Assembly: GCA_950097015.1 (NCBI GenBank)
Contig: CATNEN010000038.1
Location: 29,760,001-29,824,000, forward strand
Reading direction: 5' to 3'
Source of the DNA: Macrostomum hystrix
Taxonomy: Eukaryota; Animalia; Platyhelminthes
Length of the DNA stretch: 64,000 nucleotides
The position numbers and the translations under genes were made by a program. The notes below the pieces were generated by a model, which worked only from the letters and a program-made list of their open reading frames with translations, was not told the DNA's origin and searched no databases. Below are positions 23,844 to 35,700 of the stretch, piece after piece. Position 1 is the first letter of the stretch, and every line of letters begins with the position of its first letter.

Positions 23844-26800
23844 ATGAAAAACTTTTTCCGACGTCTACACACGAAGAGTAGCGGCGACGCTCATGCGAGA
23901 GGCACGGATAAGGTTGGTCGATCGAAGCAAGATGAACAATGCACAAACTACATGACAGAGGATTCCAACAATAAGGTGAGTCGAAATATAGTAGTTCGTG
24001 TAAGGAGATCTTTAAACCGATTTCTGTAACGGCTTGCCATAAAGAGCGAATTTCAATCATTGGTTGGTCTTCAATATAACAGGCAGCTGCGCTCGGCCCG
24101 GAGAACACTTTAACCGCCGAACATCAGGACGAGTTGATGAATTTTTGCAGCTACCTGACAGCCGATGGCAGCCCAATAAGCAGCGGCAGTTTTAAAAGAA
24201 GCGAAAAAGACTGCGAGGCCATTGAACGTTTTTTTCAGGTGAGTTAAACAGCATTCTTCAGCTTATACATGTATATTAGGACATACCAAGAGTGAGTATC
24301 GGCAGTAAAAGTGCTTTTATTTGATTCTAGATACAAATCTCGTCTCAAAACTATTTTCGAGTCGATTTTTAGTCAATTCACGATAATATTTTTGAGACTA
24401 TTCTTGAGAGGATTCTCGAGTCAATTCAAGAAACGATTCTCCCTCTAATTCTCGAGACGATTTTGGAAACGATTCTGGAGACCTTTCTCGAGAATATTCT
24501 CGAGTTGATTCAAGAAACGATTCTCGAGAAAATTCTTGGGTAGATTTTTAGACGATTTTTAAGAAGATTCTTGAGACGATTCTCGAATCGAATACCCAGA
24601 CGATTCTCGGACATTTGGTCAATTTTGAATGACTTTATAACATGTTTAAAACGATAAAGTAAGATTTTTAGGTTAAAAACTGTTTTCTATTTTAACATCG
24701 TATCAAATTTTTAGTCGCCTTCAGCTGGCGACATTGAAGCGGCGGTCAGTGCTTTCGCTGAAGCAGCGTCCCGAGTTCCGGACGGCGTTGCCGCAGTGCT
24801 CGCTAATGAAGCTGAAGCCGAAGAGACAGCAAGCTGTTCATTGTTGGCTCAGGCAGTTCAGAGTCCAAGTGCACAATGTCAGACTGGACATATTTACGAG
24901 GAATTTTCGGTAAGTTGGCAGCAAAGTTTCCGGCGTGCTTCCCTTCCGTTAGGATTAAGTGCTCTATTTGATAATTCTAGCGGTTCACTCGATACTCTAG
25001 GTTCCTAGAGGTCCCGAGTTCGAACCCTTCTATCCAGTGAAACCGCCGCCAGAAGCAAAGAAATGCGCCTCAAGGCTAGAATTGTCTAAAGAGATTGCAT
25101 CGGCTGTGTCTACCTGCGGTCTGCAGTTGGCGTTTGGCTTTTTGGCCGAGGGTCGCCACCAGGGCTGGTCGGCTCTGGTGACAGCTGTGCCGGCACAGGG
25201 CAGGCCAAGCTGGATTGTGCCGCAGTTTGATTGGTTCACAGGCGGAGTTGCCGACACCGGGTGAGTGGACTTACTTTATAGTTGATTGACCGATTGATGA
25301 AGTGAAATATTAAGAAGTCTCAGTCGTTCTCTTCAAACAAAATACGACAATTTTATATTCCTTTGAAATGTTTCCGATAAATCGACATTACTGGACTTCC
25401 GATATGCCTCTTCTTCTAGGATCTTCTGCTGGCACTTTTGTGATGCTGCCGACACTTAAATTATTTGATAATTCTGACACTTATTTGATACTGCTGACAC
25501 TTATTTGATACTGCTGACACTTCTATGATGCTGCTGTCACTTTCATAATACTGCTGAAACTTAATTAATACTGTTGAGACTTCTGTAATACATTTTTTTC
25601 ATTTTCGTGACATGAATTTGAAAGTAACATTTTTTTCTAATTTAGGTACCTGGTCCGAGCAACAATCGCTTCAATTGCAAAAAGGTCAACATCGACTGGG
25701 AAGAAACAGGAAATTACATCACCTGTTGGGAACAAAAAAGAGCGCATGGTAACAGATCATTCAAAGCAGCAACATCAGCAGCCTCCAAAACAGCAAAGCA
25801 ATAGTCGATTGCTTACATTGGCAAAGTTTTCACTAAACGGACAGCAAATCGACTTTCGCACCAGTAATTTAGCTGCGCCAACTAAAAAATCGTCAACGGA
25901 CAACAACGCATCGACTAATGTCCAACTGTTGTCGATGCAGACAAAGGCGTCAATGCAGTGCAATGGCAGGTTAATAGGACTCTATTGCACCGCATCCTAT
26001 GTGACCACTGTAATTAAGCAGCTAGATAATATCTTTGCTCAGGTGTACAGCAGCGACCTCTGGCCAATCGGAGCCGAGACGTTGATGCAAAATCTCACCC
26101 TAATTAGTGAGGCCAAGAATGTTAGCGAAATCAGCAGCGAGACGATTCGATGCCTGACTGTGGACAAGACGGAGCAAGCATTGTTTTTTTACCACAGTTA
26201 TCAATTGTCCAGCACGGGAAAGCAACAGATACGAAGGTTTGAAAATACTTCATTGGTTGATACGGGACGGGGTTACTTACTTAATACGGGCCGGGTTAGT
26301 TGCAGGGTGGTTAACGCGTTCGCCTCACGCACCAAGGTCCCTAAGCTCGAGTCCGAGGCGAGGCCACATTCATTTGGGGCGCAGCCACGTAGAGAAGGCT
26401 TGAAGGCTTGTCGTGCAATTTACGTCCTTGAGGGCCAATCTCCAAGGCACAGTGAGAGTGTACACTTGCCTGACGATGAGAAAGAGAATTGCCTCCTAGT
26501 TGACTGCAGGTCTAGTGTCACCAAATGATGTGTCATTGCCTACAGCCCTCCTGCCATTAATAATATTATTATTAACATGCTCCCTACCTGACAACTCATT
26601 GCAGATTGCGTAGCCTCAGTCTGCCCAGCCTGAAACTAAATCGTTGTCTACCCCTAAAGGAAGACGTCAAATCGATCAAAATTGGTAGCAAATATTTGGG
26701 CATCTATTATCGAGATCATCGACTAACTGTGCTCTGCAAGGCCAGCCGACAGCCCGTATTCGAATTCTCCGCTAGAAGGCTTGGCGGCCTGTTTCAATTG

Positions 26801-27343
26801 GGCGACACCTTCGAGTTGGACAGTCAGGATCGGCTGGTTGAAGCTAGTCAGGAGCGAGTCCGCACCCTATTCTACAATGGCGTGATCTATCGCGACTTTG
26901 ACTGCGCGGGCAGCCTAAAAGAACTAAATAAGCGACACCTGATTGGTCGGCGCGAAGAATTCTACGAAGCTTTGCAGTGTCAGTTGGCCACAATGTGGCT
27001 GGGTCAGCACGAAGCGCAGCCAATGCACTATAAAAACGCCAACAGCTGCGGTACGCAGCAGAGCGCGCCCGGCAAGACCAACTCGGGCAAGATAAAGGCG
27101 CGACTGAAAATTAATCATAAATTGTTGGACAAAATTGAAGACTATATTTGCACCAAACAACAACAACAACAGCAGCAGCAGCAGCAGCAGCAGCAAAGTA
27201 AGTTAACCAATCTCGATGCTAACGGCTCTAATGAGATGCCCATTTTTGTCTGCGGCGACGCGTTTTGGTTCGACTTGACATCGGAGCATCAGCTAGCGGC
27301 ATCGATGTTAGGTCAATTTGGAAGGCCCCTGAAGAGGTCCTGA
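23844..27343 (+). CDS. Uncharacterised 690 aa protein; exons 23844-23975, 24083-24238, 24715-24909, 25001-25260, 25646-26236, 26605-27343
   Basis: All six exons have GT/AG boundaries and join in one frame. C-terminal half has NHL/beta-propeller-like segments (CLTVDKTEQALF; FELDSQDRLVEASQERVRTLFYNG) and polyQ. Product uncertain. Confidence 0.75.
24345..24610. repeat. Degenerate intronic tandem repeat (gattctcgaga core)
   Basis: Recurring cgattctcgag/attcttgaga motifs. Confidence 0.65.
25430..25580. repeat. ~21-bp intronic minisatellite
   Basis: tgatactgctgacacttatt variants, about 6 copies. Confidence 0.7.
26288..26572 (+). mobile_element. SINE family B copy with internal deletion (intronic)
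   Basis: aacgcgttcgcctcacgcaccaaggtcc...cacattcatttggggcgcagcc...tctagtgtcaccaaatgatgtg. Confidence 0.88.
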
Positions 27344-29427
27344 ATGCTTCTTGACTGTACTTCAGAAGAACTCTGCATTTCTAAACAAAAACTGTCTTCA
27401 TAAATTTGTCTACTTTTTAAGAAAGGACACAAAAAGTATGTAATAAAATAATATGTTGCAGAGAAAAAATCGTTTAGTAAAATGCTTGCATGAAGTCTAA
27501 TAACAGAAGAGATAAAAAATAATCACTTTAAAACAACGTACCCTGTGTAAGGAATATAATAGATTATACGATCAGGCCACAAGACTAGATATAAATTATT
27601 TGCAATCATTGATAAACGAGCTAGTTGCAAGGTATTTTATCTCGAATAATGGCATAAAATAATAGCTATAGCATAATGAGATGCAAGTATTCAGTTCACT
27701 TATAGCCATCATTTTGAAATACCACTTTTCGCGCGAAAAACAAAATAATTTTACTAACCCTCTTGAAGGTAAGAATTTAGTTTGATTTTTTTGTTTTCTA
27801 AGAATTATTTTCGAAAAAGTTTTTTTAACAACAAGTGTACTAATGCTCTACTTATATAAGTAAGCTGTGCTACAATAACAAACAGAAGAAACAGGCTATA
27901 GAAACATTCCCATTTTTTCAGTAGAAACATATTTTCTCCTAATTTTACACTAATTAAATGTCTAGAAAAAAAGCTTTCCTGCAGTTTTTCCAGTTTTTTT
28001 CGAACGAACTATAAAAACGAACCTTATATTCGAGATTATATGAAATATATTCGTCTCGAAAAAAAGTTTTTTTTACTAAATTTGTTCATTTATCAATTAT
28101 AGTTATTATTAATACTTAACAACAAATAATAACTATTGCATAACTTAGTTTTTCTTACCAAAACAGATAGATTTCTTTAAAAAAAATGATTTTGTACGTG
28201 TTTTTTGGTAAATATTCTTGGATGCACAATTTGATTTTATCAAAACGTATTACATTAGGTTTGAATACATTTTTTTATTTTTTGTTTGTACGAGTAGGCA
28301 TTCAATTAATTTACTCAGACGGATAAATACCTAGTTTAAGTTCAATTCTTTAGACCACACAAAAATGAAAACCAGTTTTAATTCGCGATTTAATTTAATT
28401 AACGAAGCCAAGGCTGGTTACGTATCAGGTTTATTTTATTGAAAAGGATAGCTAGTAGTAAGTATTGTCAGGGCCCGAACGGACAATATAATATAAAATA
28501 AAAATTGTGCTTTTGCAAAACCTAAAAAATGCTTAAGAATTGAAACCTATCAGGGAAAGTCACGTGACGCAAAACTAGGTGAACTCGTGCAACAAGAAAT
28601 ATAGAAAACAACGCTACTCGTACTTATGCTATAGCTGTGCGTTTAGGTAGCATGGAAATTAGCTAAAGTAACTCGATTTGCGAAAGGTGACAATAATCAA
28701 AGATTAACACAAATTGGGTTAAAAAGGAAGTTTTTTTGTTTTTTTTTACTTGTAAATTTAGTTTAAGCGAGCAATGTCCATTTACGCTACTTTCAAGATG
28801 ACATCAATAAGTAGCTATCTAAGCATTAATTTGTCGTAATTGTAAATTTTATGTTTTAAGGCGGTGCTGTACACAAGCTTGAATTTTAGCATTTTTTTAG
28901 TTACGATTTATTAATTAGTGTCTATGTATTATTTATTTTACTCGCAAACTGATAAATACGGATAATTTTTGTTCAGACGACAAAACAATTTATGAAAAAC
29001 ACGCCTAAAGCTTTAAAGGACGAAAACTGTAAAATAGAAATTTTGACAGCAACAAGGGTCAAACAAATGTTTACAAAGTAAACATTTACTTTCAAGATTC
29101 AATTCAAGTTAAGATTCAATGGGACCAAAAGCCAATAGTTCAGAAGTTTGGTTGAGTGATCGCACTACTTGCGGAATTAGCTTTTTTTGCAAGTAGTACT
29201 AAAGTAAATAAATACAGTTTTAAACTGTTTAAGGTAAATCCTTAGATTTATAACTTTATGTGGCTGATACGATTGTATTAAAACCAAATGAAAAATATTA
29301 AACGACGAATATAGCTTCAATTATTTTTGGCTAAAGAAAGCCTTTCAAACTACTGCCCACATGACGTCACTCAAGTACTCGTAGATAATTAAGCAAATTA
29401 AGTCTGAAAAACCAAAAATTTTATTTA

Positions 29428-29798
29428 TCAAAGATCCGGCTGCCAACCGAAATAGGTTCTAGCTAGCAAAGCCGGATCCGTTGCCATGTCAACCAGCAGC
29501 TCGGCCTGCAGCATTGGTACCAGCCTAATAGACGACTGATCAGCGCCGGTGTTAGAGGCATGATTGCGCAATCGGCGTCGATCGATAGCTGCCAGCATTC
29601 CGGCTGTGTACGGCTTATCCCGATGCTTGTCAAGCAGCAGCTCAAGTTTGAGAGTGTGGCAAGGATGCGCTCCGGCCAGTTTCTGACGAACTACTTGCAA
29701 CTTTTCGTAGCTAAACCAGCGTTCCGGGCACCAGTCGGATGAACAGTTCATAGACGAAGCGGAGGCCGAGGCGAAGTTGGCTTCGCTGGTCCCCCAGG
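29428..29798 (-). CDS. PRKDC: PRKDC last exon (FATC)
   Basis: [17 protein letters not shown]...[19 protein letters not shown]. Confidence 0.93.
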
Positions 29799-32700
29799 CT
29801 GAATGTAACAACAATAGAGAGCTTTATAGATAAGATCCCTACGGGATAACAACAATAAGATCACTACGGGATAAGATCCCTACGGGATAAGATCACTACG
29901 GGATAAGATCCCTACGGGATAAGATCCCTACGGGATAAGATCCCTACGGGATAAGATCCCTACGGGATAAGATCCCTACGGGATAAGATCCCTACGGGAT
30001 AAGATCCCTACGGGATAAGATCCCTACGGGATAAGATCCCTACGGGATAAGATCCCTACGGGATAAGATCCCTACGGGATAAGATCCCTACGGGATAAGA
30101 TCCCTACGGGATAAGATCCCTACGGGATAAGATCCCTACGGGATAAGATCCCTACGGGATAAGATCCCTACGGGATAAGATCCCTACGGGATAAGATCCC
30201 TACGGGATAAGATCCCTACGGGATAAGATCCCTACGGGATAAGATCCCTACGGGATAAGATCCCTACGGGATAAGATCCCTACGGGATAAGATCCCTACG
30301 GGATAAGATCCCTACGGGATAAGATCCCTACGGGATAAGATCCCTACGGGATAAGATCCCTACGGGATAAGATCCCTACGGGATAAGATCCCTACGGGAT
30401 AAGATCCCTACGGGATAAGATCCCTACGGGATAAGATCCCTACGGGATAAGATCCCTACGGGATAAGATCCCTACGGGATAAGATCCCTACGGGATAAGA
30501 TCCCTACGGGATAAGATCCCTACGGGATAAGATCCCTACGGGATAAGATCCCTACGGGATAAGATCCCTACGGGATAAGATCCCTACGGGATAAGATCCC
30601 TACGGGATAAGATCCCTACGGGATAAGATCCCTACGGGATAAGATCCCTACGGGATAAGATCCCTACGGGATAAGATCCCTACGGGATAAGATCCCTACG
30701 GGATAAGATCCCTACGGGATAAGATCCCTACGGGATAAGATCCCTACGGGATAAGATCCCTACGGGATAAGATCCCTACGGGATAAGATCCCTACGGGAT
30801 AAGATCCCTACGGGATAAGATCCCTACGGGATAAGATCCCTACGGGATAAGATCCCTACGGAATATCCCACAAACTAACCTCCAGCAGACTCCTTGACTC
30901 CGCTGAGCATGCCGGCCAGTTGTTTCCAGTCTGCTGACACATCGTTGATGCACACCTGCAGTACGGACAGTACTAGTTCTCTGTCTCGCCTGAGTGCGGC
31001 TAGGCAGTGACCCATGCAGCGCACAAAGGCTCCACGGCTTGGTGGCACTGGTCCCATGGCGCCGCAAATCTGTCTGGTTAGCCTGAACGGCACCAGCTCC
31101 GGTGTTGGCAGGAATGTTATAGCGGTGCCGAACGCGTAGCCAAAATCGATGCCAATCATTTTGGCGCTATTTAAGCACAGCATATAATTGGACATGTGCC
31201 GATCGCCTACTGATAGTAGCCAGTGTGAGGCGCAAATTGCGGCGTGACTTCGAGTTAAATTATCGCGCATAGCGTAGTAGGCCTCCCAATTGTTGGCCAG
31301 CCGTTGGAGACCTCGGGCTAGCACAGTATCCGGCAGGGCATTTAACAGTGGCTTGAAATGCTTGTCAACCACCTGCTCGTCTGGCAGGTTGTAGAGTCGG
31401 CAGGTGTCTTTGGAGACAAAGTTGTAGAATGAGTTGAATTGTTGAGCCTGGCTGCGCTGCTCTGCCGCAGTCAGTTGACGAATGAGAAAGTCTTTGTAGG
31501 GCTCAGTGCGTTCGAGCCATTCCAGGATGCCGAGGTCCGGGCTCAGTGGCACCACCTGGAGGACGAGTCCAGCTTCAATTTTTAGAGTATCGCTTAGGTA
31601 AAGGGAAAAAGAAAAGCAAAGAATGGGCGAGAAGGCGAGGAGGGTTTATTAGGGCGAGAAGGCGAGTGAGGGTTGAGTAGGGCGAGAAGGCGAGTGAGGG
31701 TTGAGTATGGCGAGAAGGCGAGTGAGGGTTGTGTAGGGCGAGAAGGCGAGTGAGGGTTGAGTAGGGCGAGAAGGCGAGTAAGGGTTGAGTAGGGCGAGAA
31801 GGCGAGTAAGGGTTGAGTAGGGCGAGAAGGCGAGTGAGGGTTGAGTAGGGCGAGAAGGCGAGTGAGGGTTGAGTATGGCGAGAAGGCGAGTGAGGGTTGT
31901 GTAGGGCGAGAAGGCGAGTGAGGGTTGAGTAGGGCGAGAAGGCGAGTGAGGGTTGAGTAGGGCGAGAAGGCGAATAAGGGTTGTGTAGGGCGAGAAGGCG
32001 AATAAGGGTTGTGTAGGGCGAGAAGGCGAATAAGGGTTGAGTAGGGCGAGAAGGCGAGTGAGGGTTGAGTAGGGCGAGAAGACGAGTGAGGGTTGAGTAG
32101 GGCGAGAAGGCGAGGAGGGTCGAGGGTCGATTAGGGCGAGAGGGCGAGTGAGGGTTGAGGATGGCAAGATGACGAATTAGTGAGGATGTAGGGAAAGCAT
32201 GTCAGGTAAGAAGAATACGGCGAGAGTTATTGTAACAAAAATCAATGCGAAACAGTTTCCAAACCCAGACCTGATAAGTGACCAGTGCTAGCCGTCGCTG
32301 TCGACACTGAATGTCCCTCTGGAGCAGGGAGTTGAAGAGGCCAAGAGCCTGCTGAATTCGCTGATCCTGCCGCAGGTCCTCGCCGGCCTTGACCAGGTAG
32401 GGCCGGTCGCGCTGATCGTTGCCTCGAATGGTCAGCCGGTGGGGTCGACGCAGCGAGGACATGACGCGAATCGTGTCGCCGAAGCCGGCGATGCGAGTGT
32501 GAAGCTTAGGCTGCGGCTTGACTAGGGCGGCAGCCAGACTGCCACGGCACTGAATGGCGATGAGATTAGATACAGCTATAGATGTGAGATTAGATACTGC
32601 TATAGATGTGAGATTAGATACTGCTATAGATGTGAGATAAGATACAGCTATAAATGTGAGATTAGATACTGCTATAGATGTGAGATTAGATACTGCTATA

Positions 32701-35700
32701 GATGTGAGATTAGATACAGCTATAGATGTGAGATTAGATACTGCTATAGATGTGAGATTAGATACTGCTATAGATGTGAGATTAGATACAGCTATAGATG
32801 TGAGATTATATACAGCAATATATATGGCTATAGATACGCGATGTGATATGACTATAGATTTGATACGGCTTAAGATATGAGTTTAGACCTGATATTAGAC
32901 ATGAGATTAGACCTAAGATTAGACATGAGATTAGACAGGGGCAGAGATGAGATCACGCACCTGATACTGTCCGGGCACCTCCAGATAAGCGTCGCCGTGG
33001 TCAGCGGCAGCGAACTCAGCTAGCCAAGGACTGAAATCAGCCAGCTTGGCTATGGAAGAAGCTAGCGGTGCGTCCCTCTCCTGTCGCAGTTTCTTGTAAA
33101 ACGATCCGCCCGCGCGTTGAAATTCCGCCTCGGAGCGAAGGCCGACCAGCTGATTGGCCGACGGAAATGCGGCTAAAAACTCTGCCCTATACTTGGCTGA
33201 GAATTGTTTGCGAATTCGACCGTGACTACTGCCGCTAGAGCTAGTAGTATTTGTAGCATCGGAATCAAAGAATAATTGTTCAACGGCCTGAGAGTAGAGT
33301 TCGCGCAGTTTTTCCGATTGGCCCAATGAGCGTTTAACGTTAGTGATCCAGTCAAGGGCCAGGCAAGCTGGTAGAGATATCTGTAAATCATTTGTCTACT
33401 TTGATATTTATCGAAATTTTAGCGAATCAACAAATCAGCGAGGTTTAGATTCAAGGAATTAGCGATTGCCAATTTAACGAATTGGTAAGTTAGCGATTTA
33501 ACGAATTGGTGAGTTAGCGATCAACCAAATTGGTATGTTAGCGATTTAACGAATCGGTAAGTTAGCGATTTAACGAATTGGTAAGTTAGCGATTTAACGA
33601 ATCGGTAAGTTAGCGATTTAACAAATTGTCTAGTTAGCGATTTAACGAATCGGTAAGTTAGCGATTTAACGAATTGTCAAGTTAGCGATTTAACGAATCG
33701 GTAAGTTAGCGATTTAACGAATCGGTAAGTTAGCGATTTAACGAATCGGTAAGTTAGCGATTTAACGAATTGGTGAGTTAGCATTAACCGAATTGGTATG
33801 TTAATGATTTAACGAATTGGTAAGTTAGCGATCAACCAAATTGGTAAGTTAGCGATTTAACGAATTGGTAAGTTAGCGATTTAACGAATCGGTAAGTTAG
33901 CGATTTAACGAATTGTCAAGTTAGCGATTTAACGAATCGGTAAGTTAGCGATTTAACGAATCGGTAAGTTAGCGATTTAACGAATCGGTAAGTTAGCGAT
34001 TTAACGAATCGGTAAGTTAGCGATTTAACGAATTGGTAAGTTAGCGATTTAACGAATCGGTAAGTTAGCGATTTAACGAATTGGTAAGTTAGCGATTTAA
34101 CGAATTGTCAAGTTAGCGATTTAACGAATCGGTAAGTTAGCGATTTAACGAATTGGTAAGTTAGCGATTTAACGAATTGGTAAGTTAGCTATTTAATAAT
34201 TTAAAATGGACAATTTAACTAATAAGCAATTGTCGATTTAACACATGGGTGATTTTACGAATTGCCGCAAAGTTATGAAAGCGAATATCAACGAACATTG
34301 CTCCACCAAAAACTGCTTTTATCAGGTTTCTCAGCAGCAGAATAAGAAGAAATAAAAGTACAAACGAACCTCTCCCATCTGAGCAATAAACTCTTCCACT
34401 AGGGGCAGTTTTTTCAGTTTCTGCCACAATCTTTCGGCCGACTGTCTGGCGGCCGCCTCGCCGGCTTCGAATCGATAATTAGCCCGAGCCAATCGGAACG
34501 GGTACACCAGAGCGGACGGATACTGATCGCACACAGTCGCCAGTAGGGGCTGAACAGCGCAGCCGCCCTGGCGCGGCTTGTCCAATAGGGACACGAGCTG
34601 GGGCAGCCAGGGCAGTGTTAGCCAGGCTGGGACGCTCTCCATTTGCCGGCTGAAACGAGCCGAGAGAGTCTCTCCCCCCATTGGCTGGGAGGAGGCTTCG
34701 TTCGCGTCTTCTCCTAGGAGACAAAGAAGGCGCGGAAATCTCAGCGTAGCCTCCTGGCTGCCGCAGCGCATTGCGAATGCAACGGAGTCAACCGCCTGGG
34801 CGCGAAGGCTGGACCGAAACTGCTGTTGCTGTTGCTGCTGCTGATCTTCAAGAAGACAAGAGTCGCAGAAACGAATCTAAAAAGGATAAAAAAATGCAGC
34901 AGAGAAAAATCAAAAAGAAAAATGGATAAAAAATAGGATAAAAAATAGTGGAATATTTAGGATTCGAAAGAAAAACTGGGATATTGGGGATCAGAAAGAA
35001 TAACGGGGATATTTGGGATTCGAAAGAAAATCTGGGATATCTGGGATTCGAAAGAAAATCTGGGATATCTGGGATTCGAAAGAAAAAACAGGGATATTTG
35101 GGATTTGAAAGAATAACGGGGATATTTGGGATTCGAAAGAAAATCTGGGATATCTGGGATTCGAAAGAAAATCTGGGATATCTGGGATTCGAAAGAAAAA
35201 AACAGGGATATTTGGGATTTGAAAGAATAACAGGGATATTAGGGATACAAAAGAAAATCTGGGATATCTGGGATTCAAAAGAAAATCTGGGATATCTGGG
35301 ATTCGAAAGAAAATCTGGGATATCTGGGATTCGAAAGAAAAAAACTGGGATATTTGGGATTTGAAAGAATAACAGGGATATTAGGGATACAAAAGAAAAA
35401 AACTGGGATATTGGGGATCCGAAAGAATAACAGGGATATTAGGGATACAAAAGAAAAAACTGGGATATCTGGGATTCAAAAGAAAAACTGGGATATCTGG
35501 TATTGGAAAGAAAAACTGAGATATTTGGGATTAGAAAAAAGCAGTTTTACGACCGATGGCAACCAAAAACTCACCAATTCCAATTGGCACTGCAGGCTTG
35601 CTCGAAAATTCCACCCGTCAACCAGACCGCCACCTTCTGGCTCATCGGCAGCTTGAGCTGCGGCCTGCAGGTTTTTCAACGCGGAGCGATTAAATTCGTC

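Noticed and set aside
26237-26528. C-terminal extension of ORF 25746-26528
   Set aside because: Reads through the donor at 26237 into an intronic SINE B copy.
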